A DNA stretch of 62,804 nt, filler included, from Phoronis australis (taxonomy: Eukaryota; Animalia; Phoronida), in NCBI GenBank assembly GCA_002633005.1. It is 8 parts of 8 records of this genome, joined end to end, with 100 filler letters (N's around TTAATTAATTAA, not from the genome) between each part and the next. Parts side by side here need not be neighbours in the genome. Positions count along the whole stretch, not along the records: positions 1 to 19,036 come from NMRA01001165.1; 7 more parts are not named here. One strand, given 5' to 3'. The stretch's first letter is position 1. Every line of letters begins with the position of its first letter. Below, piece after piece: positions 1-13,700 of this stretch. The notes under the pieces were generated by a model. That model was not told where the DNA came from, made no database searches, and saw only the letters and a list, made by a program, of their open reading frames with translations. The position numbers and the translations under genes are program-made.

Positions 1-2539
1 CATCAAGTAGTTGTGCTCGGATGTACATCGGATCCATGGCTTTTGATTTCCGTGCTGGAATACTTTTCTTTTTCTTTCCTGTCGTAACTGTGACGTCGAT
101 GGCTGAAACGGTAGAAACGTTTTTAAGTATTAATTTTTCTTGGATGATATTTTTAAGTTTAGTTCAGGTTGACAGTGTTCACAATTGAACGGTTGTTGTG
201 ACAACAAGGCGGTTTCATTTTGAAGGACTCAAAGATCAGTGGCAGTAAACAGATAAGCGATCCCCAACACAAAAATCATTCACTAAACATCTCCTGCAAA
301 TACCTCCTTAACTAAGTGGGCCCACAGCAAAGTGCAAAACAACAGGTAGACATGGATGCTCAAAAATGGTTCAGCTCAGAGACGCGTTAACTAGTGCGAG
401 ATTTAGAAGTGAAGCAAATTTATCAGGCAAAACCAGAAACCGATAGTGCTTCGTATTGCTTCTTTCATGAAATGGTCACTAGCCAATTTTGCTGTTCACG
501 CCTTCAAATACTACATGCAGTAAGATCCATGAAAGATGTTAGGTAGATATATTAACGGCTTCCAGCATCCAGGAAAAAATCGTAATATCACCTATGCCAT
601 AGTGATTGTTCAATCAATTTATTTTTTATCAAAAAGTCCTTCGAGTCCATTCTTTTTATGCCGCTGGTTGCCAGTCCTCACGTCATCCACCATGGACAAA
701 CATGTCTCAACCCTTATGGGACCTTGTGTGTAATATTGTCGGAGTCCACCAAATTTTAGCCCTGGCAACTCTGCATTGATTTCATATATTTTGCTGCGAG
801 CCTACACACTGATATTAAGGTTGACCTATTCCAACGTAGCTGTGGCACGGATTTATTACACTTTCAATATGCAACATACCTGTAGAACAAGCTGAGACAG
901 AAAGAACCGAATCATTGAGAGTCACTACTCCCTCACCACTTCGTTCCGTTTCCTTGTCATTCTCTATCAGTCGTGTGATATCAACACACTGCGCCATGAC
1001 GTTCTGTGTTTAGTCTTGGCACAGCGTGGTATCTACTCAAGTTTCTCGAGATGCAACTATTATGCTGAAAAAATAACATAGAAAACATCTCACACGACTA
1101 TGGCGCACACCTTATCAAATCTCCACACAACGCTAATATAAAATCAAAACTGTCAACTTTATTAAGAATAAAAGATCATGTTTGCAATGGTAAATATAAC
1201 CGATGCGTTAAATGAACTATGTCGCATGGTTAAGATGGCAATGCTAACTGAAAGCTAAAATTTATTGTTTTCTACAAAACATAGGCCGATGCTTTACGTG
1301 TAAAACAATATTTGAAGACGCATAACCACTATTTGTGCGTATATGTACCACAATGTTATACCAACAAATAGATGTAACGTACTGTGTGAAGTTGTAGCAC
1401 AAAACGAATTGCCACATTCGGGACCCTGACTCAGAAAGACACGTCAAGCAACCACTGAACACGCTTATTATGTAACATAAATTTCATGTTTGAAATATAG
1501 AGTTACGTCTTCTGGAAGCACATCGAATAATACTGTTTCAGATGCAGACAACTACAGCGTACGGAAGTTTGATTGGCATATTTTCTATCTTAAGCTATTT
1601 GTTTTACAATATATTAGTTCTTACGTTTATGCAAGAGACAAATTAATACTTTGCTTTACGTGTAATTCCATGTACAAGTTTTGCACTGTTCCCTTGCCTG
1701 CAGGTCAAATGATTCTGTTTGCACATGCACATTTCCACATCAGACCGGGTCAACAGATTCAAACTTTGTTGGAAATGTNACAAAACATAGGCCGATGCTT
1801 TACGTGTAAAACAATATTTGAAGACGCATAACCACTATTTGTGCGTATATGTACCAGAATGTTATACCAACAAATAATTGTAACGTACTGTGTGAAGTTG
1901 TAGCACAAAACGAATTGCCACATTCGGGACCCTGACTCAGAAAGGCACGTCAAGCAACCACTGAACACGCTTATTATGTAACATAATCGAAATCTTACGC
2001 GTCAGAAGACTTTGTGATAACATACAGTTTCACAAGGTAATATGAGACTACTTAAACACTGATCCAGCTTTTTGACATGTAATTAATTCACCTGTACAAG
2101 TTTTGCACTGTTCCCTTTTCTGCGGGTCAAATGATTCTGTTTGCACATGCACATTTCCACATCAGACCGGGTCAACAGATTCAAACTTTGTTGACTTGCT
2201 TAAACTATTTACCGCATGGAATTTTTCCTACCGTGCTAACGCTTATATTTTATATTAATCGGAACCTTACGCGTCAGAAGACATTTCCATGTCCAGACCG
2301 GGTCAACAGATTCAATCTTTCCCTGAAGAGTCAAAATGATCTCTTGCGGTTACAAACACTAGGTGTAATTGACGACCGATTGTTGGCAGCAACATACACG
2401 TATAAGCAGTTAAAATGTCTAAAGTTCAGTGAAAATACATTCCGTCGTCCATATATTTGCATTTTATAAACTAGATTTATGCATTGGGTTGATTATTTTA
2501 TCTGCGCTTTAAACTTAAATCACTTAAATACTTTGACTT

Positions 2540-2953
2540 TTATATGGCTGAGTTTTTAATATGGCATAATCTTGCTTGTAAGAGTTGAAATTCTTTATAT
2601 TTGATGTACAATGGATCATTCAAAATATTTTTAGGTAATTGTTTTTTTTCTGTACTGGTGGACCGTGGTACTGAGCCATACATAAAATCAGAGTCCACGA
2701 ATGGAGGCAAATCCCCACATGTGCTCCCTGTGGAATTCTGTGGAGTTCCTAGTTTTTCTCTGTTGTCTCCATCTGGTCTAGATTTTGCTCGACACGATTC
2801 AGAGACTTCAATATTTACAGATGCAATATCCATGTTTTTCTCCAAATCCAGAAGTTTTTCATGACGCTTGGACTTCTGAGCCTTTTTCTGGCGTTTTAAT
2901 ACTTTCTGAAGAGCCCTGCGACGCTTCAGTGCTTGTTTGGAGTGTTTCGACAT
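2540..2953 (-). CDS. Uncharacterised basic protein, about 137 aa, with an NLS-like Lys/Arg-rich N-terminus (possibly one exon of a larger gene)
   Basis: ATG at 2953 opens a stop-free frame MSKHSKQALKRRRALQKVLKRQKKAQKSKRHEK...DPLYIKYKEFQLLQARLCHIKNSAI. This is long for such AT-rich DNA and protein-like, but no family was recognised. Confidence 0.4.
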   Translation of the reverse strand: MSKHSKQALKRRRALQKVLKRQKKAQKSKRHEKLLDLEKNMDIASVNIEVSESCRAKSRPDGDNREKLGTPQNSTGSTCGDLPPFVDSDFMYGSVPRSTSTEKKQLPKNILNDPLYIKYKEFQLLQARLCHIKNSAI

Positions 2954-5900
2954 TATCAAACTGGTACCACTGGAATTGGGAGAAATGTGAAGTTCTGAAA
3001 CCAGGTTGAGCAGTTATTAGTTTTACTGACCGATTCCTCATATTGCTCATTACACTGGATACAGAACAGAAATTCATCATGCAGAATGAGATTTTGGAAA
3101 TCGAGACACGTGCTCATTGCTGAACTGGCTCACGAAGTACGTGTACATGTATACTCAGGAATAAATACAAGAGACTAGGTAGGGGATGTCGGAGACGTGT
3201 TGCTGAGATGAGATGAGTTATTCAATTTTGTGTTATACATTAGGAAGACAAGATAAAGTGGCAGGAAACCAGAGACATGTGCATAAACAAACAAAATACA
3301 GGACTGTCTCAACATTGACAAATGTATGCATTCCTGGAATAATGTGAATTCTGACAGCCTCCTCTGACGTAAAATGTGTGTGTGGGGGGTAATAACACGC
3401 AGCAGATTAAGTGACAAACAGTCTTCAGAGAAGCTAATGCAAACTAGCTCAACTAGTGGTGTAAAATTCGACTGACACATGAGCGAAACAATTGACCAAT
3501 CAAAAGCAAGAACCTGAAAAAAGTGGCCAATAGGAGAGAACTAATGTCGAGGCAAACAACTGGAATTAATAGCAGAAAGATCAGAGGGCACGGACGGTTA
3601 GGAAATGAAAGAAGATCAGATGTCAGTTTAGATATCTAGTTAGTGGCGGCATTTACGAGGCCAAAACAGAGAATGCGACAAGAAACCACGGTGACGAAAA
3701 TAAACATCACAAAACGCAATACAATATGCTTTTCATGCAAAAACTGTACATCGCCTCTTGTGAGTCACGCGATACAAATTAAAGTGTAAGAAGTTATACA
3801 CTATTTTTGGCAATCTAGTTCTCCAAAAAGTTCTTATAAGTGCTTGTGAATAATTTAGAATGTGAATAATTTAGAAACGAGTCTAGCAGGGGGGTTCACT
3901 TGAAAACTCCGTTTTTAAACGATTATATGTCAGGTCCAAACAAAATAAAATGGCTTTCTACTACATTTTCAGAAAAAAAAAACATTTACTGAGTTAGTAC
4001 AAGCTTGTCGATAAAGTCCTACAAAACATTAAATACTTGAATGTTGTTGGCAGGTATTTCCCCATCAGGAGACTAAATGTAAGTCGCGACATTCGACTGT
4101 ATACACAAATATTCTGCTTCACGTGAGGTTTGGTCCCCAATATACTTTCAGTGTGACTTTAGTTCAGAAATCACGGTACGTCATTGAAAATATTTTCCCC
4201 AAATGACGCGGGCTAATATTCCTGTTATAGGTGTAGACTCAGTCCACTCGGTAGGTAGACCTACATGTGGAAGCCTAGTTACTGCCTCGGAAAAGGTATA
4301 ATGCAATAGTTACTTATACACTATCTTTTCAAACGCCTGCCAACCAGCATTCTAGTAAAAGCTTATGCTAAGGGTTTTGAGGTATACCGGTTTTGAATAT
4401 TAACATCGCTTATCTTTTAAACTAAGAATATAAAATACAGTACTTACCAAGTACCCTTGTCATCCAACAACACTTCAAATCGGTGGAAACGGCTATTGCC
4501 GCTTTATATGTGAACCACCCCTCCAACTACGCCAGCCAATGAGAGGATGCCGGGTCAAGGGTTTTCTGGCTTCTGATTTATGGACTCCCGGCCACTTTGA
4601 CAACGAGGTGCTTGCACGCAGCTTTGGCAAGAAACTAAATGGTTCTTACGTAACATTCCTTGGCCAAGACAAACCGAGAAGGATGACTTCAAGGGGACGA
4701 ATATTTTAACTTTTACAATCAGGTAAGCTTTTGGGGTTTATTTTTCATTCTAACTGTTTAATCTCAATTGCAAATTATAATTGGTCGATTATTGAAACCT
4801 GAAACTAAATTACGAAGAAACTCAAAGAAGTGTAGACTTCTGCCAATTATTATGGGAGTTAAAGAATTTCCAATTTTAAATTAAGAGTTAAAAAGTCTTT
4901 CTTTTGTTGTTCACCACTCAATTATCAAAATGTATTTTAGTTTTTATTTGCACAGGAAGGAAGACATTAAAGTAATTTTTAAATTACTGAAATATTTTGT
5001 GAGTGCCATGTGCGTTTCCTTTCTGTGAAATCTTACAATCTATTTGAAAGAACTTAGAATGGTCACTAACCGTGAAGTTCAGTGTCTTCTTGACATAATG
5101 ACCCACCATATTAAGGCCATCTGGGGCAATTTCCCCTTTACCTACTCATAAAACCACCGTTGTGAACAATTCACTAGGGACGTAAAAAACTTCAAATTGT
5201 TCAAGATAATGCACATTGCGTCCACGTGAATCACTGCAGTATCGAGAAAAGCAGCCTAGACAATCGAAAATATGAGATCGTGTTAAAAGCTTTATTGAAC
5301 GCCACCTAAAGGATAAAGGTTTGAATAACTTAAATGTTCTTGGTATATTTTTTGTATCATTGTACATGAGCGAATTTAGAGGGGGCAGGGGGCCCGCCCG
5401 ACACCCTTGGCTGCTGGAACAAACAAAACGGCAAAAGCGTGAGGAAATATTGAGTTCATTACCTAGAACCGGTAATTAACACGCGGTTGAGGGGAGGTGG
5501 GTTCAGATAAAGTTGAAAGTGTCTAATTCAGACAGCGGCACAATCGTTTCCCAGTTTTTATTAGTCTTCCGTTATTTTTTTTTAGCAGAAGGTCCACATC
5601 CTCAGAAGTTCGAAATTCGGGACCCCTAATTTTTAGGCTGGCGCGCATGCAATCACGCTTTGCGCAATTCCCCATGGCAACATGTCGCCCCACCCCCTTA
5701 TGATAGCCTAGATACGTCACTGCTCTATTTATGTAAATCGTTCAGTCCATTCTGGTTTTCTTATTTTACCATTACTTGTTAAATATTGTTTTAAAAACTG
5801 TACGGGGTTTCCGCGTGAACTTCACTAGTTTTTGCGGCAGTTGAGAGATACCGTATATTACATAATCTGAGAGTCAGCTGCAACGAACTATGACTGCCAT

Positions 5901-6719
5901 TTCAGGCACACAGCTTACTGTCCAAATAATAAAGTATAATCCTCAAAAGCATGTGGATGTTGAATGAACCTTATTTGGGCAAACGTTTCGACGTTACTAA
6001 GTTTCACTTTTAAGTGTTATACGGATTTTTACTCAAAAGAAACGGAAGTTTCAATAATTGAATTACACAAAGATAACATTCACGTTAGTTTTATAACGAT
6101 AAAACATCGATAATTTTTCCTTCAAGAACAGTGTTCCAACTAGCCAAGTTACTTAAATGACATTAACTGGTAATCGATATTGAATAATTGTGTGACTTTT
6201 TAAGTTCAAGTTTTGCTCAGTAACCGTAACAAGCTATATCTTAAAAACCAGAATCCAGTTAGGATAAATTCTGAATTTTTGAGAGCAGGGCCCAAACTCT
6301 CATTGGGCTGCCCCTTCTCTCATGACCGCCCTCCCCTCTTGTCAGTTAAGTGTCCACGCACATAGCCGGTGTGCATAGAATTACTGATTTCAAAATCTTG
6401 AAGCCTCCAATTCCTTAAAAACACGTGTTCTGTGTGTGCGTTTAGTTCTTACGTTACACAAATTACCATGCGATGAGAAAACAAACATTCCAACAAATAA
6501 ACGCTATTTCTTCTTCGTGCAACTGGCAAGACTTTCCCTAAAGTGCACCTTAGTAATTACAGTGGCTTGATTTGATAACCATCAAACTGGTATCGACGTG
6601 AATGCTGTTTTGACCAATAATCATATATTAAAGTAACGAGAATTAAATATATAAATATATAATATTCAACGATTTTTTAAGTTAGAACGTGGTCCTAGTT
6701 TATATCTCCTAATTGGCCA

Positions 6720-7300
6720 AAGGCGTTATAAACTCAGAAAATGTGTATTTTGCGATAGAAGTTGCGGCAGAAACGTTTAGGACTGCTACTTTAATGATTT
6801 AGAAAGGGAATTCAAATCAAAAATAGATGCTGAAAACCTCGAAAGAAAAAACACATCACAGGAACTGACTCAATAAACGTTAATAATTTAATTGAGTAGA
6901 TCTCCAACTAACAAACTGCATTTAGCGACAATAGTGGGTGCAAGTTTACATGTGAAGAAAGCACACAAAATATCGTGTGTACCGTTTCGCTTTCAACTAA
7001 TTGCCTACGTGGAAAATTCCAGTTGCTCAGAATCAACAGCACTGAAGTTATAGAACGTGGCATGGAACTTATCGATGAAATTCTCGAAAATGTTTCGGCT
7101 CCAAATCTGAGAGTGCCATCTAAACATCAATAGAAACCACAGCGTGGTGGGCCGAATTATCAAGATTCTGGTGATTGCCACGGAGCCTCGGACTTCAAAC
7201 AAGTGGCTGGACAGTTGTTAGTGATTAAACGGAATATGTTGCTTGCCGACGAACCCCACGAAGCCACGGCATGTAACGCAACGTGTATGCAAAACTTTTA
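6720..7300 (+). pseudogene. Possible decayed coding remnant upstream of the ParB-like gene
   Basis: Protein-like stretches are broken by stops, e.g. RYKLRKCVFCDRSCGRNV*DCYFNDLEREFKSKIDAENLERK and NSTEVIERGMELIDEILENVSAPNLRVPSKHQ*KPQRGG. No family was recognised. Confidence 0.25.
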
Positions 7301-7711
7301 ACGGGGTTGTTGACTATAAATCGGCACGCAAACCTCGTCACTCTACTTTTGACGGAGTTTTGCTACTGAACGATTAGATGCGCTTTGTTTCACAAACGGA
7401 GATTTCGGTGACGAGTTCTGTGGTAGAAGTGTCTGAATGAAGGTATATCGAACTGATGAAGTTAACTCAATTTGAATGTATAGATGCACAATGATTTTTA
7501 TTTGATCGGGTGAAAAATGGTCGAATCTTTTGAATGGACAGTGTATTTTGTTGCTCTCAATTGTTTGTATATCAGCTATTTAAGATAGCTTATTCTTTGT
7601 ACACATACTTAAGTTATAATGAATTCAGTTGAGCTACTATATTTTGCATATATTGTTGATTTCCGTTGAGTTATTTATATCGGACCTTCTGACGTTTGTC
7701 ACCTTTTCAGA

Positions 7712-10700
7712 ATGGCGTGTAGTTCCAAGAAATGGACATTGACTCAAGACACAGCCACTGGAAACATTGTCTTAATACTAGAGGGGAAAAGATTTTGTGA
7801 TTACATAAAAGGTACCGTCACTGTGCTGTAATGCAAAAAGTCTATTTTTCCTATTTTATTTTCCTATTTTGTTTGTCTATTTTGTATTTTAGATAGTAAT
7901 GACGCAATTCCCAAGTTTCACAGCCTTTAGAATACTGCACACGGAGACGACACTATAGTCACTTACATTCAACCTTACTATGCTTATTTTTTCCAGATTC
8001 TGGCATTGCTGGAGTTGACAGTCAAGGAATCGTCGAGAAGGTTGTGGAAGATGGTTACACAAAAGTGAAAGTAAGCATTGTGTATTACCCGTTATTGTTA
8101 TTTTCTAACTTAGACGATTAAAGCATGTAATGATGACGGAATTTAAGAAGTCAGTTTGTGGAAATTCATATTCAGGACAGTTAGAGAGATTAGTTTAGGC
8201 CCATTAGGATTTTATTAAGGTCTGAATATTAGAAGACCGGCAGGGCTCAACATTAACTTTTTAAGTTGAATTTTTACTTGCCCGAACAACGAATTCACTT
8301 GCCCCAAGTACAATCCCAAATAGCACCGTGCATGTGCACACCTAGGTAATGTGTTACCGTAGGGCTGCCTGTGCTGAGCCTCCTCTTGTGTTGTGCACGC
8401 TATATACATGAGTTGCTATTTTTTCAACGATTCTTCTTATAGAACATTTATTTATAAGGTATGTCAAAACACTAGAGAGATAAATTAGAAAAGTAACTAT
8501 GGTATCTGAACCACTGTCACATGTTCACAGGCGCCGAAATGAGCTAGGGCATGAACTCTGGACACTTCTGTGTATTCATTAGTTTATACACCCTCATGCA
8601 TTAAACTTGAGTTGTTGCTAACCTGAATTTCATTTTTTGCTATCCGTAAAAATCTTGCACAGTTTTGGTCATCGGTAGCTTGTATTAAATTAAAATCAAA
8701 ATTTAACATATAAAAATGCCACATATACTTTTATTTTCAATATATAATTACATTTTTGAAAAATAGAGAGACCGCGAAAAAGTCAGACATCAGACTTTAG
8801 AGCGGTAATTCCGAAGACCGTATTCCTCTTCTTTCGGGAGTCGCAACCGGGAGCCGGGAATTCAGAAGAATATCCTTTGGAATTCTCCCTGAATAAATAC
8901 CAGGCCTTTTAAACTGCTGTGTAGTGTAGAAAATATGTCGTCAATCATTCACTTTTTAGCTTTTGCGCTTATCTGCATGACTTACATCCGCTGACGAACG
9001 CGGTGCTTCCAGTTGTACATAGGTAAACGCTGGCAAAAATCAAACGTCATCCCTTGTTCACTGTCTCGCAGGTCAGAAAACCTAATTTCCCATGACGGAA
9101 CCCATCCCCGCACTTTTCGTTTCATATTATTGCTTTGTTTCTTCCTGAACTCGTTTTTTAGCAACTAAACCAATGCCGTCCAGGCCTGGACGGCTTCCAT
9201 GTTAGACGTTTTGCCAGAGTGCAGACGATCAGTAGTATCACGTGACAACTTATTCAGAAACTGCAGGCACGTTCAGAGAATCGAAAGGATTTGACCCCGA
9301 GCGTCATCTGTGCACGTTGCATACCACTCATTCTATTTTCCTTTCGGTGCTCATTCGGAGACGGGAGTTTCTTTGACGGCCACAGGGACTTTTCGACGGT
9401 TTTTAGGCTTGTGTCGGGGTTCGTTACTTTGGAGCAAATGTCGAGCAGACAATCTTAGGATCTACTTGCCTATGCAGCTAGCTTTTTTTACTTGCCCATC
9501 GGGCAAGTACTTTTCAAATTCCACTTGCCCGACTCAAAATGTACATGTACACAGGCAATCGGGCAACCGTTTGAGCCCGGCGTCCATGATTCCGACCCGT
9601 AACCCCCACCCCCGGCAAATATCACCCCCAAACACACAGATGTTTTACAAAAAAATCACAGACCAAGGTTTTTACATCTAAGTTTACAAAACAGCCTTCT
9701 GTAGTGAGCATTTAACTACAAAAAGGAAGATATAGACGAAGGGCCCGTTCCAACAAAACTGACTTAGCTAAGACATTTCTTAAATTTTACTTAATTTTGA
9801 AATAAGTTAAATTTGTCTCAAAACAGCCACAGGCTTCGTATACCGAAGTCAGCAATTACTGGAAGCTGGAACACCAAAAGCAAAAACAGCACAGCTGTTC
9901 AGCATGGTAGTGAGCTATTCAAAGTCGTATTCCTGGGTTACATAACGTCTGTGTTTTATTAGATATTGTGATGAGAAATGAATTTGTTGTTTATTATTCT
10001 AACTTACGTTTTAATTATTTCAAATGGATCTGTTCCAGCGCAGATCATGTACTCTTTTGATTTGTTTACTTTTTGAGGCTGAATTGTCCCCTGGAATCTA
10101 TCCACACACATAACAGGATGACCCAATGTTCACAGAAACATTCTAGAGCCAAATAACCATTCCCCAACATGGCAACATTGTGATGAATTTCTTATGATTT
10201 CTTTAAGTTCTTAAGATTGTTTTCGTGAGTCACGGCTCAGTTGCACAACATTATTGTCTGGGTGATACCCATATAAAGCAGTCTAATTGAAAAAATGGTG
10301 TCAACAACCTGTTTTGTACTGGACTTAAAAAGCAAAACCGTCAATGACTTGATATCATAGATGTGCCACACAGTGAAATTTTTCAGCAACCCTTTGCACG
10401 GTTGCGTACATTTTACTTTCAGAAATTTCTTGAATGCCTCGTGGACGAAGTTGAGGCTAAAAGAATTGACTTTTGCAAAGCATTTGCTGTCCTCATTGCT
10501 TGTAGTACTTAAGGTGTTTTTCCATGGTTGCCATCTTTGAGCCATATATATTATGATACGTGCATGCTTTGCTTCAAATACATCTGTGGCATTAATTGCA
10601 ATTTCTCAAATTGTATACCAACTTTCCCCAAAGAAAACCGCACGTGTTACCCAAGACTGTGAGTTAGTCCATGTCTTCCAAATTTTTATCTCTGATCAGA

Positions 10701-13700
10701 TCAGCACGTACATTCATAAGTTCAGCACAGACAATCAAGTAGTTTAACAACAGGGGCGGATGCAGAGAATTGAGTTGGGGGGGGGGGGGGCAGGNNNNNN
10801 NNNNNGGGGCAGGGCACAGGGAGTAACCAGAATTTCGCCAAAATTTGAGCACAATAATTTTTGAGATTGTGACCTTTGATGAAGGTTATGAATTTTTCAT
10901 TGGCTCCCCCCTTAGCAGTCCGGAGTGCGCGCATATCCCATTCAGCCAAATCAGAAATCTGGGAGAATTAAGGGGAGGGTATGGCCCCCTTGACCCTTAT
11001 CTAAATCGGCTATTGCAGTCATAAACCTATTATATGCTTGACACTGGCATAATGGTACTCAGAATTTTGAAAACTTTAAGTCTTCGTATTGCTCGCTCCG
11101 CGTGGATTCTTACGGTGGATATGCTTAGCTGCGACTAATCTTTGGTAAAAGCTTGTATGTATAACTTTACTGACTTGGAAACAGTAGGTCATCAATAGTA
11201 AATCCTCCATCTGCCATAACGTCGTCATTGGGTATAAGGTATTCCATTTCAGTGCAAATGCAACCACATACTTTGTAATATTGTGCGATTTGTTCTGGCG
11301 ATGGGTTTCACTACCTATCAATGATTTCAAATCAGCTGATCTGCTACCTAATTCAAAACACAAGCTGAAACACCACCTCAGAAGGATTGTTTTACATGAG
11401 ACTGTACTGACTCCAGTGTTTTGTCCGCCATGCCTGGTAATAGCGGGACCTCAATATGGCGCTTATCTTAAATGGCGTTATCCAATATGGAATCTGTCTA
11501 TTGAGGAACACCCAACTATTAAATTTAGACACTGCTGGGAGAGGCAGGTTATGCACATTTGTAAAGACCGATTGTTTAAACCAAATTTTGAAGAACTGAA
11601 AAGAGGGGAGGTAAACATTTGCTGGTAAATTAAATTTCAACAGGGTGGAATGCAGATTCCACTCAACTTAAAATAAATGGCAAAACAATGTTGGATGAAA
11701 AATTAATGTCATGTCACTTGTGCTCGCATGTTTGAATATTTTGTACACTAACATACACCACATATTATTGAAATTACATTTTTTCTAGGATCGTGTTTTC
11801 ACTGTTTAACCGATGTAGTAATAATTTGCTACAGCAACGATTTTCTACTGTCAGACGGGGTCTCGGAAAGAAAAATGATTAAGTGAAAATTGGGTAATCA
11901 CATAATAGCAAACATTTGGCAATCTAGTCGATGTGTTTCGAAAAATTAAGATTTTTTAAAAAGAACAGTCTGAAGAACGCGAATTGCTTTGCTACGGCTA
12001 CTTAGTTAGTTGTTCAAGATGGTGGTTGGACTTGTGTGTCTTATCTAGTACATAGGGCTAATTAATTTAAATCCGCCGGACGACTTATTTCCATTTACTT
12101 GACAAATTCGAGACTTATTTTGGAAACATCCGAGCATAGACATTTAGCGAATGAGAACACCCTCACGTGATCTATATGTATGCATTCTGTAATTAGACCT
12201 TGAAACCCTCTACAATAACCGCTACTGTTTGGGCTGTAAATATCCTGGTGTCTGGTTGATAAAGTTTTGATCGATTGTTGTTTTATAAAGTCAAGCATAC
12301 ATTGCTTTGGTTTTATTTTGTCACAATTCTTCATTAATTAAAACTCTTGAGGTACCGCTAGATAAATTCGTCGATTTCCCCGCAAAATTTGTCAACAAGT
12401 AGTATTACACCAATCGTTCTTCATATGCTCCTTCCTGTGGACCTGCCTGGATGCAAACTTGAGGATATAATAACAATAATAGCACACAAACATAAAACAT
12501 ATTTCATAATACCTGACCGTTTTTTCTTTCAGGAAATGTATAGTTTTTCTAGTTGACGTAAACTGAATTTTTATGTGTCAGTCAGAACAGATTTGGCAAA
12601 TAATCGTAACACTATTGTCCATTTCAGCTTTTCCTTGACAGTAAATCTATTAAAGATGGATACTGTTTAACCAAAGATGTTCGGAACTTTGAGTGTAGCA
12701 CACTATTTTCGCAAAAATTTCGAGAGTCTACCGGCTCAGCCAGCCAGTTCAAGTCAGTGATGGACGGTGAACGTGTATATGACTGGACTGATAGTGATCT
12801 GGATAACGAGCAGCACGACGGTGATAGTTTAAATACATGTGTGTTAGACACAGTGGAACCGCTCGCTGTCTCAACGCCTTTAAAAAGTAACGTTTATGGT
12901 GATTTAGAAGATCTGCGTTTTAAATGCCTCGGGAGGTTTTCCATCCCAGTACAAGATATAAAGACTCCAAGTAAGAGTCGACGAGTAAGAGATCTTGATG
13001 ACGATTTTGTTCTGACCCTTGAAAAAGACATTCTTACAAGCAAGAACACCTCGGTGATATTTTCAGCTCCTCTAGTTGGCTTTGTCACTGACTGGGACGA
13101 AAATTTCTCCAAAGAAAGTGCCTCATTGTATACCATAGAAGCAATAGACGGAAATCATAGTTTCCATGCTCAGCAAAGAGCGTTGGCTCACTGCCGTTCG
13201 GACGAACTAGTGAACAGGGAAATGATTCTGTACCATGGGTTGTCTGATGAGGATTGCGTTCGTATTGGCCTCAAGCGAAACAGCATGGCTGCACAATCAC
13301 TGAAAATGAATGAATTTGACAAAGTGTTTCTTGCCAGAAGGCAGTTGCTCTTAAGGTGTGGCTTGAAAGAAAATGACGATCCTCCACAACAGACGCCCGA
13401 CTTCTTTACAGATCTGTTTACCAACATCTTGAGCATTAAACACACGGTAAGAAGAAATTGGTTTTCCTACTAAATTTTCTTCCTACATGCATTAAAATCC
13501 AATTTCGGTAAAATTTTACCTATAGTCAAGACACATTATGGTGAAACTTACTGCGAATTTTTATCAGTCTATTTTAATAAAGTATTTATAGAATTAAAAA
13601 ATTTAAATTTAGCATTTAAAGACTCTGTACCGTAGCTACCACCAAATAATGACTTGAGAAATGTAAAGCCAATCATGTTTGACACTAACTGTTATCTAAG

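Noticed and set aside
1274-2191. Duplicated blocks (1274-1480 vs 1780-1986; 1672-1770 vs 2094-2191)
   Set aside because: The junction is a single N at 1779, so these are probably two haplotypes placed in tandem. The ORFs called here are not credible.
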